From assembly GCA_964016885.1 (NCBI GenBank), contig OZ024743.1, positions 267,406,001 to 267,470,000 of the forward strand: a stretch of 64,000 bases of DNA, read 5' to 3'. Of the stretch, positions 1 through 10,839 are shown piece after piece. The translations under genes and the position numbers were made by a program. Source of the DNA: Eledone cirrhosa (Eukaryota). Within the stretch, counting starts at the first letter, position 1; every line of letters starts with the position of its first letter. Below the pieces are notes generated by a model that worked only from the letters and a program-made list of their open reading frames with translations, searched no databases and had not been told where the DNA came from.

Positions 1-185
1 GTATTCCTCTACCCCTTATTAGACCAAGTCTGTATTAATCTACCCCTAAATTAAATTTCTACTACTACTATTCTATCAACTTGACCACTTACTACTTTTC
101 TATTGGTCAATTCAAAACCTGTTCCCAAACAGACCTATTATATTAAATCTTTGTTGTTGTTTTTCAATAAACAAATATCATTATT

Positions 186-292
186 TCTGTGCCGAGGTTA
201 ACTTTGCCTTTCATCCTTACGGGGTCGATAAAATAAAGTACTAGTAAGGTACTGGGTAATTGTTGGCCTTGTGCCTAAAATAGAAACAATTA
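186..292 (+). mobile_element. 5'-truncated SINE (Nin/Deu-like domain plus tail)
   Basis: gccgaggttaactttgcctttcatccttacggggtcgataaaataaagtac followed by ttggccttgtgcctaaaatagaaacaatt. The same motifs recur at about 9 other places in the window. Confidence 0.8.
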
Positions 293-869
293 TATCCTTA
301 ACTAGCTAACGAGGGAGCTTGAAATGAATTTGCAGCCAAATCAATTATAAATTACACTCTATCATCTCATACATTTCGTTACCATATTTATTTTGCAATA
401 ATTTTGAAATAACTCAAGAATTTGGTGGGATTTTGTGATATGATTAACTTTCTCATGCATGATTAAGCTGTCTTCAAGCATAAATTACCAATGATTCTTA
501 CATAAACTTATCATACAACGTCTTTAAATAGACACTTTCATTATCATATTTCTAATGAAAGCCAGCACCAACAATTTTCAAATGATTTTGAAAGTACTCG
601 AGAATTTGGAAAATTGAGTAACATGACTAACTTTGTCAGTATTAAGCTGAAGTTTGGAGCATAACTTAACAAAGCGTCTGAAATAAAATTACGATAAAAG
701 CTTTTACTTTTAGAAAAATATAAACACATTCAAGTAAACACCTTTGTTTCTTAGATCGAAGACCAGTTTCAGGCAGTTTGATATCAATGAAATATAGGGT
801 CATATTGGATAATGTATGTTTGGATATAATTGTATCTGAAATAAAATTGGGAAGCCAAGACAAGGAACA

Positions 870-2330
870 TCAAAAACCACAACCACAACAACATTAACAA
901 GGCAGAACAGCAACAATGTCAAAAAAAGCTGAAGCAGCATCACCAATAACGACAGCAACAACAACAGCAGCAGTAACAACAACAATAATCTAACTCCACC
1001 TGTATGTAAGCACACAAGACTCTCTAACTGTTCACCACCACATTTTCCCCACCACCATCTCCATGTGCTTAACTCCTTTGTTTCTTTCTTTTTTTTCTTT
1101 ATACTTTTGTTTTCGTTTTCTATATTTCTTTCTTCTTTCTTCTTTTTTTCATTCCTTCCACCAACCCTACTGAAATCACCATGATCAAATAATACGCTCT
1201 GCTCAAGCCTAGTCACCAGAATCACCACCACCCCAACCCCACCATCAATCCCCTCCACCACTTTCTACCTTCATCGCCGCCACCAACTCCTTTAGCACTA
1301 TTTAAAAGAACAATAGTACCCCCAATGTCACCAATACAGAAATAGACAATGCTGCCGACAAACCGACCACATCCACGAGTATCATCACAACAATGCTATC
1401 ACAAACAATACCAATTCCACTATCAACAACACTGCTGCTATCAACATCGTCACGATCATCGAAACAACAACCACCATCACCAGAACCAACCTCACCACCA
1501 CTTACAAAATTTGAAATACTATTTCAATCATCACCACACCAAAACCACCACCATCATCAACACCACAACCAAGTATAATATTACAAATACGAATACTACC
1601 ACCACCATCAGTATTTAAAATAAGATGACAACAAATGGTACAATACCTCTGTTGAGAACAATAATAATGTTACCAGCTCACACACCACCCACAATCACCA
1701 CCAATACTACTTCCACAAACGTCACACCACTACAAAAACCTACGTCACCAGCACGAAAAGCATTTCTAATAGTCCTACAACTATCGTCACACCAGAACTG
1801 CCACCACCACCAACACCAATTCTAAAACTAAGAAAAATACAATGCTAATACAATTTACAACACTACGACTATCACTACTCGCATGACCAACTTCACCATC
1901 ACTACCACGACAATGATCAAATCAGTACATCCACCATCCTCATTGCCACCACCGCTGCCACATCAACACCATTGCCTCTACTCCCAACACCAACACCAAT
2001 ACTAAGGCTAATTTCGAACCACCAACTCCCAACCAGCCAAACAACCAACACCAACACCACCTATACCACATTATCTCACGCCACTTACTCCGCTTCCATC
2101 ACCACCATCATCCTAATCAATAGCACATTAACTACGATCATCATCATCATCATCAACAATACTAACACAAACTTCCGACCATCGCCAACACTACCAGCAA
2201 ATCATGATCAACTCCAACACCGACACCAAAACCAACACCAACACCAACATCTCTAACAACACTGCCACCACCAATAGCTAGACCAAAATCACATCACCAT
2301 ACTATTCATGTGTCGGCCAACATCAGTTCC
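870..2330. repeat. Degenerate (ACC/AAC/CAT)n low-complexity tract
   Basis: Runs of caccac/caacaa/catcat; the overlapping ORFs are poly-T/H/Q/V/L artefacts. Confidence 0.8.
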
Positions 2331-2413
2331 CCTCGCTACACTATGTAAAAGTGTCAGCTGTCTGAAATGAGATTCGTACAAGCTATTCTTTTCCCTTTAT
2401 ATCTCTTTCGCAT

Positions 2414-2464
<51 letters not shown>

Positions 2465-2628
2465 TCCGGCTTGGATAGAGAAGAAGAAATCGCCATAGCG
2501 AATGGTCAGCCATTTTAGTAGCAGCTAATTACTTCCAGAAAAGTCTTAGATAACAACAGCCGTCCATTGGCAACATGGCGGCAGTGAAAGACAAAATAGT
2601 AAAAAAACAGAGAGGAAGGAAAATGTTA

Positions 2629-2681
<53 letters not shown>

Positions 2682-3159
2682 GAGGATAAGTATAACAACG
2701 ACAGAAATAACAATGATAACGACAATAAAATGAAGTGAAAGGCGCGAATATGATTGAAAAGTGAACAGAAGAATAATGTAAAGAAGACACAAGATGAAGT
2801 GTATTGAAGGGAATATATAAATGTGAGAAAGTAGGAAGGAAAGTATGATAAAGAAAGAAAGAATGTGAATAAAAAAGAAACGAAGAAGCGAAGATAAAAA
2901 AGGGAGGAATATGGACAATGGAAGTAAAAAAAGAGGAAGGTAAATGAATAAAAAAAAATATGAAAGATAGAGAAGAAAAAAGAAGAAGTATATGGGCAAA
3001 CTAAATGAAACAAAAGAAAATGAATGGAGAAGAAAAGAAACGAAGAAGCGTAGGGGACAAAAGGAAAATAGAGTTAAATTAAATAAGACAAAGAAAGAAA
3101 GAGAGAAAGAAAGAATGCAAGAAAGAATGAATGGGAGCAAAAAAGAAAGAATGAATGAG

Positions 3160-3610
3160 AGGAAGAAAGAAAGAATGAATTTAAGAACGAAAGATAGAGA
3201 GAATGAAAGGAAGAAAGAAAGAATGACTGTAAGGAAGAAAGATAGAGAGAATGAAAGGAAGAAAGAAAGAATGAATGTAAGGAAGAAAGATAGAGAGAAT
3301 GAAAGGAAGAAAGAAAACATGAATGTAAGGAAGAAAGAAAGAATGAATGTAAGGAAGAAAGATAGAGAGAATGAAAGGAAGGAAGAAAGAATGAATGTAA
3401 GGAAAAAAGATAGAGAGAATGAAAGGAAGAAAGAAAGAATGAATGTAAGGAAGAGAGAATGAAAGAATGAATGTAAGGAAGAGAGAATGTAAGGAAGAGA
3501 GAATGAAAGGAAGAAAGACAAATAAATGTAAGGAAGAAAGATAGAGAGAATGAAAGGAAGAAAGAAAACATGAATGTAAAGAAGAAAGAAAGAATTAATG
3601 TAAGGAAGCA
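3160..3610. repeat. Purine-rich ~48-bp minisatellite within a long GA-rich tract (about 2700-4530)
   Basis: Unit aggaagaaagatagagagaatgaaaggaagaaagaaagaatgaatgta repeated with partial copies; (GAA)n at ~4478-4530. Confidence 0.85.
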
Positions 3611-4529
3611 ATAAATAAAGAAAGGAATAAAAGTAAAAATAAGGAATTGAAAGAGAGAACATGGAAAGAAAGAAAAACATGAACGAATGATGTTAAACAA
3701 AGAACGAAAGAGAAAATATATAATAGAAATGAAAAAGTGATGAGAAAAAGATGAACATATCTGGACAGAAAATTTACAAGAAAAAAGAAAGAAAATGAAT
3801 GAAACGAACGAAATGAATATAATGCGAAGGACTACAAGAAGAAAGAATTAAAACAAAGAACGAAAATAAAAATGAATACAAGGATGAAGGAAAAAACAGA
3901 AGATTAAAAGGGTGACAGGGGATAAAGTATGAAAAAGGGATAGAGAGAAAGAATTAATGAAATGCAAGTGAAGAATCGGAACGAAAGACATCGAAAACAT
4001 AAAAATATAAAGAATAAATGAAAAATTGTTAGAGAGAATAATATAGTGGTTGGGGTGGAAAGCGAAAGAAAATGAAGAAAGAAATAATGGTTGAAAACGA
4101 GAAAGAAAAGAAAGACCGATGAGTGAGGAGAAAATAAGTAATAAATAAAGAAGCAAAATAAAAACAGACTAAAGTGTGCTCGTTGGACTGGGCACAGAAG
4201 AAATCATATGAGAGAAGAAATATTGTATGTAATAGGAATAAGAGAATAATAGTATGCAATAAGAATGAGAGAAGAATAGATAAATAATAACATGTATCAG
4301 GAAAATGAATGACAGGAATTGTATGGTAGCGGGGATGAAGAAAGATATAGGAGAAAGAGGTGGAGTAGAAGACATGAAGAAAAGAGAGGACAAATTATAT
4401 GGGTGGTGGAGAAAAAACTGCTGAAAAAGGAAAACGAAACCGTGAAAGTTAAAGAAAACGTAGTACTAGTAGTAGTAGAAGAAGAAGAAGAAGAAGAAGA
4501 AGAAGAAGAAGAAGAAGAAGAAGAAGAAG

Positions 4530-4972
4530 AACGATATACTAGTTTCAAGCTTATTAGCTATCGTCAGCATTGTATACCTTATTGCCAGATAGTTGAACGT
4601 CTGAAAGTATATACTTTCCTTATGCATATTAACGGCTGAGCAGCCTAATTTGGCATACGATGGGGACGATAGCTAATAAGCTTGAAACTAGTATATCGTT
4701 CCTGTGTCAGTGTTGAACAAAAAGGTGACGTAGTTGCCTAAATACTGTACGGCGTAATTCGGGCTGTTTGTTTGTTTACAAGCAAACACACCGAGCATTA
4801 TAATACATGTTCGGTAAACCGATACGTGCATATATATATGTGTGCATGTATGTAGATATATACATACTACTGTACGTCTGTGTACATATATGTATGTACG
4901 TATACATACATACTTACATTTAAGTAAGTGCCGTAAAAGAGTGAGAAATGAAATTTAGTTTCATTCTATTCC

Positions 4973-4978
<6 letters not shown>
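4530..4978. mobile_element. Non-autonomous HHR-bearing PLE-pLTR/retrozyme-like element with inverted 5' part
   Basis: 36-bp perfect inverted repeat at 4530-4565/4665-4700; homologous to 63706-64000; lies between (GAA)n and (TA)n. Confidence 0.7.
4531..4574 (-). ncRNA. Type I minimal hammerhead ribozyme (family B)
   Basis: Reverse complement reads acaatg CTGACGA t-agct-aata-agct-t GAA actagt A tatcgt: core boxes intact, palindromic stem III (ACUAGU), imperfect stem I. Confidence 0.75.
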
Positions 4979-5049
<71 letters not shown>

Positions 5050-5050
<1 letters not shown>

Positions 5051-5418
5051 GTTCAATTCAGACCCCTTATATAAATAAATATATATATATATTTATATAT
5101 ATATAGAGATAATTTAATATATCTACTAACATAAGCGCACAGATGTACGCTAATGCCAGCAAATACACAGGTTATGTCCCAGTGTCCGCGCATCGCCTGG
5201 AGACTCGGCTGAGAATGACCTCCCTGATGACGCATTGAAATTCTCAACAGTTCATTACGTAACTGTCTTTATCCCATTGCAGAAACTAATTAGTTGGAGT
5301 GAAAATTTAAGTAAGTAAGTTAATTTAAAAAAAAAATTTTTTTTAAGAAATTTTCTTATTTTACGTCTTATATATATATATATATATATTTATTTATATA
5401 AGGGGTCTGAATTGAACT
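5050..5418. repeat. ~40-bp inverted repeat with ~290-bp spacer beside (TA)n
   Basis: agttcaattcagaccccttatataaataaat versus atttatttatataaggggtctgaattgaact. Confidence 0.8.
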
Positions 5419-5564
5419 GTTAATGGTAACACAGGATTATAACATTTTCTTGTAAATGGTACACATACATAGCACGTATAGCCTTCCTGTTGCTACTTTG
5501 GATATGTTATACATATATATATATAAAGTTACAATAAGAATTGCAGGTGTTTGGAAACTTTATT

Positions 5565-5635
5565 TCATATTATAATTTGTTTCCGTGATCTTGGGATCGG
5601 ATCCCGACTCTTAATCGACACTTCTTCAGATATGA
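5565..5635 (-). ncRNA. Type I hammerhead ribozyme with enlarged stem II (family C)
   Basis: Reverse complement reads tcatat CTGAAGA agtg...cacg GAA acaaattat A atatga, with a perfect 6-bp stem I. A partial inverted copy at ~5670-5697 has a fully paired stem III (acaa-a-ttgt). Confidence 0.6.
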
Positions 5636-5977
5636 GAGTTTACATGAGACCACCCATGCTGATCGATATGGAAACAAATTGTAATATTTAATAAAGTGTA
5701 TAAAAAGGTACAATTCTTATTTTCACTTTTTATACACTCTGCAAAACACAGCCGCCTTAAACCTGGAGCACAATCCAACCAGAGACGGACACTGTAACAG
5801 CCTCGATTGCTTCACCCAGCGTCGCCTCTAGTAACCAAGTTGCCCATCTAATAATCTCTCTCTATATATATATAGTAACTAGAATCAAAGTTAATGTTGC
5901 AGCATATGTGCAGACTTTATTACTTTATATAGCATATTACAATTGTTTCGATATAGATTAACTCAGGTATAATTAAG

Positions 5978-6019
5978 AGGACGGGACACGATTCGTCTTC
6001 AGCATCTCATCAGTCGTCC
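5978..6019 (-). ncRNA. Degenerate hammerhead motif
   Basis: Reverse complement reads ggacga CTGATGA gatgctgaagac GAAt cgtgtc ccgtcc. Stem I pairs, but the GAAA box and stem III are mutated. Confidence 0.35.
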
Positions 6020-6134
6020 GAGTTTATATATCCACACCTAATCAACACACATAAACACGCAACACATATCCACAACACACACACACACACGCACACACAC
6101 ACACACATATATATATATTTATATATATATATGA

Positions 6135-6418
6135 ATAAGAGTCGGGAAACCGACGGCTGAGCACTTGCTGGGGTCCCGACTCATTAATATAACCATACTC
6201 AATTACCACAAGTATCGAGTACTCTGGTGCGTCTAACGGTCTAACCAGTTTCTTACTGAATCTATGGTGATATATATATATATATAACGAAGGAAATGTG
6301 GTAAGGAACCAGGTGGACCATAACGCACCGAAGTGCTCAATACTTAGGGTAGTAGAGTGTGTAATAGAAACCAGTAAGACCCCGACGGCTGAGCTCAAGC
6401 CGTTTCGACGGCTAATTC
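6135..6418. mobile_element. Diverged inverted pair of a dispersed repeat flanking (TA)n; paralogue at 47518-47710
   Basis: 6211-6257 is a diverged reverse complement of 6301-6345, and 6286-6415 matches 47518-47650. Confidence 0.65.
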
Positions 6419-6509
<91 letters not shown>

Positions 6510-6537
6510 ATATATATATATGTATATATAGTATATA

Positions 6538-6617
<80 letters not shown>

Positions 6618-6716
6618 AAGGTGTTATTTAAAATTGTTGGGTTACAACAAGTAAATATTTTATAACTGATATAAAGCACTCGACAAGTTAGATATAGTTT
6701 CCATTTGTTTAATATC

Positions 6717-6759
<43 letters not shown>

Positions 6760-8994
6760 TATATATATATATACATAGCGAGAGAGAGAGAGAAAGAGCA
6801 AAAGGGAAAGTGAGAATGAATGAAGACACACAGAAAACTGTAAAACAGGAATAGAGTACACTGAATAAAAAAGTATGTATGTATGTATGTAGGTAGGTAT
6901 ATATGCGTATATATATATATATATAGGCATATATACATACGCACACACACACATACACACACATATACAACACACACACACGCATGCAACACACACATAT
7001 ACAACACACACATATATATATATATATGTGTGTGTGTATGTGTGTGTATGTGTGTGTATATTTATATATACAGGATGGAAGGCATATATGGGGGAAAAAG
7101 GAGGTGGAGATGTGAATGCTAACATATATACGTCATGTTATAATGCACTCAAGTAATGCGAAAGTTGTGGTTGTGTGTTGGAAGTGGAAAAGTCGTCGAT
7201 CACTGCTTGCCTTGTCAGTCGAAGAATTCGGCCGTCTTGTCCGCCGACACTAAAACTGGCGACGGCGGTATGGATCTCGTATTTGACCACTGCCTTTGGA
7301 GATGGATGTTGCAGGCTTGCAGTGAAATGATGTTCGTTAGTGGAGTAAGAAATGTAGAGTAGGAACGCAGTAAAGTCAAAAGGCATAGGAAGGAGGGGAA
7401 AGATGTGATGGAGAAGTTAGAGGTGGATTGAATGGATAAAGGAATACATTGATTGAATAAGTGGAAGAATAGCAAGAGGAAAGAAATGTGAAAGAGAAAT
7501 GGTGTGAGGGAGACAGTTGGAGAAAGAGAGAGAAAGAGAGTGAGGGAAGTTTTAAGAGAGGCAGCAAGAGAAAAATGGAGAAAGAAAGAAATAGGATGCT
7601 GTCGAAAATGATACAGGAAAGGAATGCAGAATAAGTTGGTGTTAGATAAATGGGGAGAAAAAGATGCAGGCACAAAAGAATGAAGACATAAAATGGTGAA
7701 ATGAAAATGTAGACCGTGAGAAAAATAAGAAAAAGAACAACAAAACCTCAACGAATTGAAGAGAATGTAGCGAAAATACAAAAGGAAGAGAAGAAATGCG
7801 AAGAAACGGAGAAAAGAGAGAAAACACTGTTTAGAATCCGAGTAACTATTAATAAATGATAGGAGAAATAAGAGGTTGAATAGAACGAAAGAATGAAAAT
7901 TTCTAGTTAAAAAATAGCGAGAATAAATTTATGGTGAGGATAATATATGAAGAGAAATGACGGAGGAATGAGAATTATATAAGGATCGAAAATAAAACAA
8001 TGGCTAGAGAAACATGTCGAAATATTGAGAGGGAAATAATTATATGTGATAACAGGAAAAGGAGGTGGAAGAATATATGACGTGGGTAAGAATAATAAGA
8101 ATTATCGAGAGAATAATTGTAAATAAATACATTGATGAAAGTAGCATCACATTACAACATCTGTATAATCGTATCCATAGTTAGAGAAATAGGAAGAAGA
8201 GAGCGATGGAGAGAGAGGGACGGAGAGGGAGGGAGAGAGGGAAAGGAGATATAATAGGTGTGAATGTAAATGAGGTATATTAATAATAAACATACTTGAA
8301 CTGGCATGAGTGAAAAGAAAAATATATACATACACAGACACACATAATCACACATGTATGCTAGAACTAGCAATGAAAAATATGTGTGCTTGTGATTTTT
8401 TTATGTGTTCATGCGAGTGTACCTGTGTCCGTGTATATTAACATGTGTGTGTGATTGGAAGTCTGTAAGTATCTTTTACTATAGCTCCGGTCAAACCAAG
8501 CCTTGTGAGTGAAGTTGCTTACACAGTCACAGTAGGAGAGCTTGTCAAAGGAAGATACCTGAAATTGAAAAGTGTCTATTTGCACTTTGTGTCATCCGGA
8601 TTTCATCTGAGAAATACGTTAAAAGTACACAGGTCTGTGGAATATTTAGCCCGTTTGCACACATATTTAATGAATAAACCATGAAGTTGATAGAGCAGCG
8701 AATCAGTTCTCCGTTTATGTCTTAGGTTTATAAATCCTGAGAGGTTATTTATTCCTCAAATTTCATGTATTTTGTTCTTTGGCTTTAGAAATAGCCATGT
8801 TATCCTTGTTATGACATCTCTCCAAGTGCATGATGAAACATATGTGTAAACCTCTACTTTAATTCACACGTTCAGTTTGTATATAGTGCTGTCGATGTAA
8901 GACCTGATACATGTATTACAAAGTATATTGTACAATACATAGGCTCGAAAATCTTTAATCACTTTATTGATGGAATAGTTGATTGCTCTATGAA

Positions 8995-9188
8995 TAATTG
9001 TTTCTACTTTTGGTACAAGGCCAGCAATTATTCCAGTGTATTACGTGTGCTTTATTTTATCGGCACCGTAAGGAAGAAAGGCAAAGTTGACCTCGGCGGG
9101 ACTTTAACTCATACCATAAAGGGCCGTAACTCTTAGCTGCGAAGCATGGTATCAGACCTTCTGCCGATACTGCCAATCCACCGCCCAT
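8995..9188 (-). mobile_element. tRNA-derived SINE (Nin-like domain)
   Basis: tttggtacaaggccagcaatt tail, aaaggcaaagttgacctcggcgggactttaactc core and ctgccaatccaccgcc head, all in reverse orientation. Confidence 0.8.
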
Positions 9189-9476
9189 GATTGCTCTATA
9201 AATACTGTCGTCATGTCAGGTATGTTCCCATGAATCTCCTAGTGTTTATAAATTATATATTTTTCATTGCCAGTTCAGCTGACCAAACAGCCATGTAAAG
9301 GTGAATCCCTCTTGAAATGATATTTAGTTTTATGCCGCTACATCTTTATCCATACCGATAACTCCACCAGTTCTCAGTATACCTCAGATATATGTGTATG
9401 CTAGGTATATACTTTACATCTTAGATATATCTGTATGGCAGAACATACGTTTTCAGATATATGCGTATGCTAAAAT

Positions 9477-9651
9477 CAGACCTGTCAACCTCTAAAAACC
9501 CAAACGGATAGTATCATGAAATAAAGTGCCTCAAAATGGGGAGATTTTAGATAATAAAAGCTATACCCATTTTCACAAAAATGGGTAGCCGGAGAGAAAT
9601 GGGCTCAAACGGAGAGATCTCCCCGTTTGACAGGGAGAGTTGACAAATCTG
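9477..9651. mobile_element. Putative MITE with cagacctgtcaac...gttgacaaatctg termini
   Basis: Imperfect 13-17 bp TIR. It interrupts a local gtatg(g)c-agaacatacgtt repeat; the TSD is imperfect (taaaat/tagaac). Confidence 0.5.
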
Positions 9652-10839
9652 TAGAACATACGTTACGCAGTGTAATTATGAAGGAAAGAAGCAAAGTCAA
9701 CTGTTTATGTGAGGGCAATTAGTAACTGTTTGAGGCAGAATAAAGCTTATTTACTTGAATGCTGAGTGCGTTTCGCACTTTTCTTTTTATCATTTTGCCT
9801 TTTCTCCAGCTACGCAACATATCATTATGCTTATGTCATGTCGTTTGTCGTTACGACTTTCCTATCTCTTCAACACTTAAGTAAATTAAATTCTCTTTCT
9901 CACACCGTTACAACTTCGACTCACAGGAAATATCTTCTCTCTGTATGTCTATTTCACTCACTTTCTCTCGCCATCCACTTTTCAGCGTGACCGACATTTT
10001 ACTCGAAATATACAAAAGTTTCAATATAATAGATTATGCTTAACGAGAAATTCAGAAATGACGTCCTTCAGAGAAATAACAACACAACATGGGATTTGGG
10101 TATCGACAAGTAACACAGACAATGATAGACAATATCTGATGGTTTTAATATAATTAAATATTATCAGTGGAACCGAGTGAGACAAATGGTGCTCTCAATC
10201 AGAAAGTGACAATCGTAAAAAGAATTAAAACAGAAATAAACGGATATTATGTTAGTCTGTCGTAATGGAGAAGAATATCTAACGTGAGAGATAATATTAG
10301 AAGATTATTAATAAAGTAATACGATGTGTGAGATAGATTAAGGTAAAAGGCTGGAAGTATCTGTGGAGATATCTATAAACTGACTCTGTATTCCGATATA
10401 ACATTGTAATATTAATCTCTATGATGACAGATACGGAAATTCCCCCACAAAAAATAGAGTTGAAATTAATAAATAAAAAAACTGATGGAGCTTGAAAAAA
10501 ATATGAAGAAAATTAAGAGAGGGTGCATTTGAAGGGGGAAATCAAATTTGTTCTTCTAGCAGAAATGTTATAATGGTTCCCATACTAATATTATATCGTG
10601 AACTGTTGTCACTATAATCTCATTAGAATTTTTTTTTTATGTGTCTTATACATTCATATTCGCATTAAACACTAATAATAATAAAAGAAGACGAGCGAAG
10701 AAATATATTTAATATAACACTATGATATCCTCAACAACTCTACTGTGATTTCATAGCGAAGTATTGTTATTAACAACGACATAATAATAGTAATGTAATT
10801 AATAATAATTGTAATGTAATTAATAATTATTATGATCAT

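Noticed and set aside
2572-2630. aacATGGCGgc start/YY1-like motif suggesting a first exon
   Set aside because: The frame runs into (ATA)n with no good splice donor and no other support.
2529-3700. Long ORFs (383 aa F/L/S-rich, 156 aa K/E/R-rich) resembling membrane or coiled-coil proteins
   Set aside because: They are translations of a GA-rich minisatellite, open in several frames only because of low complexity.
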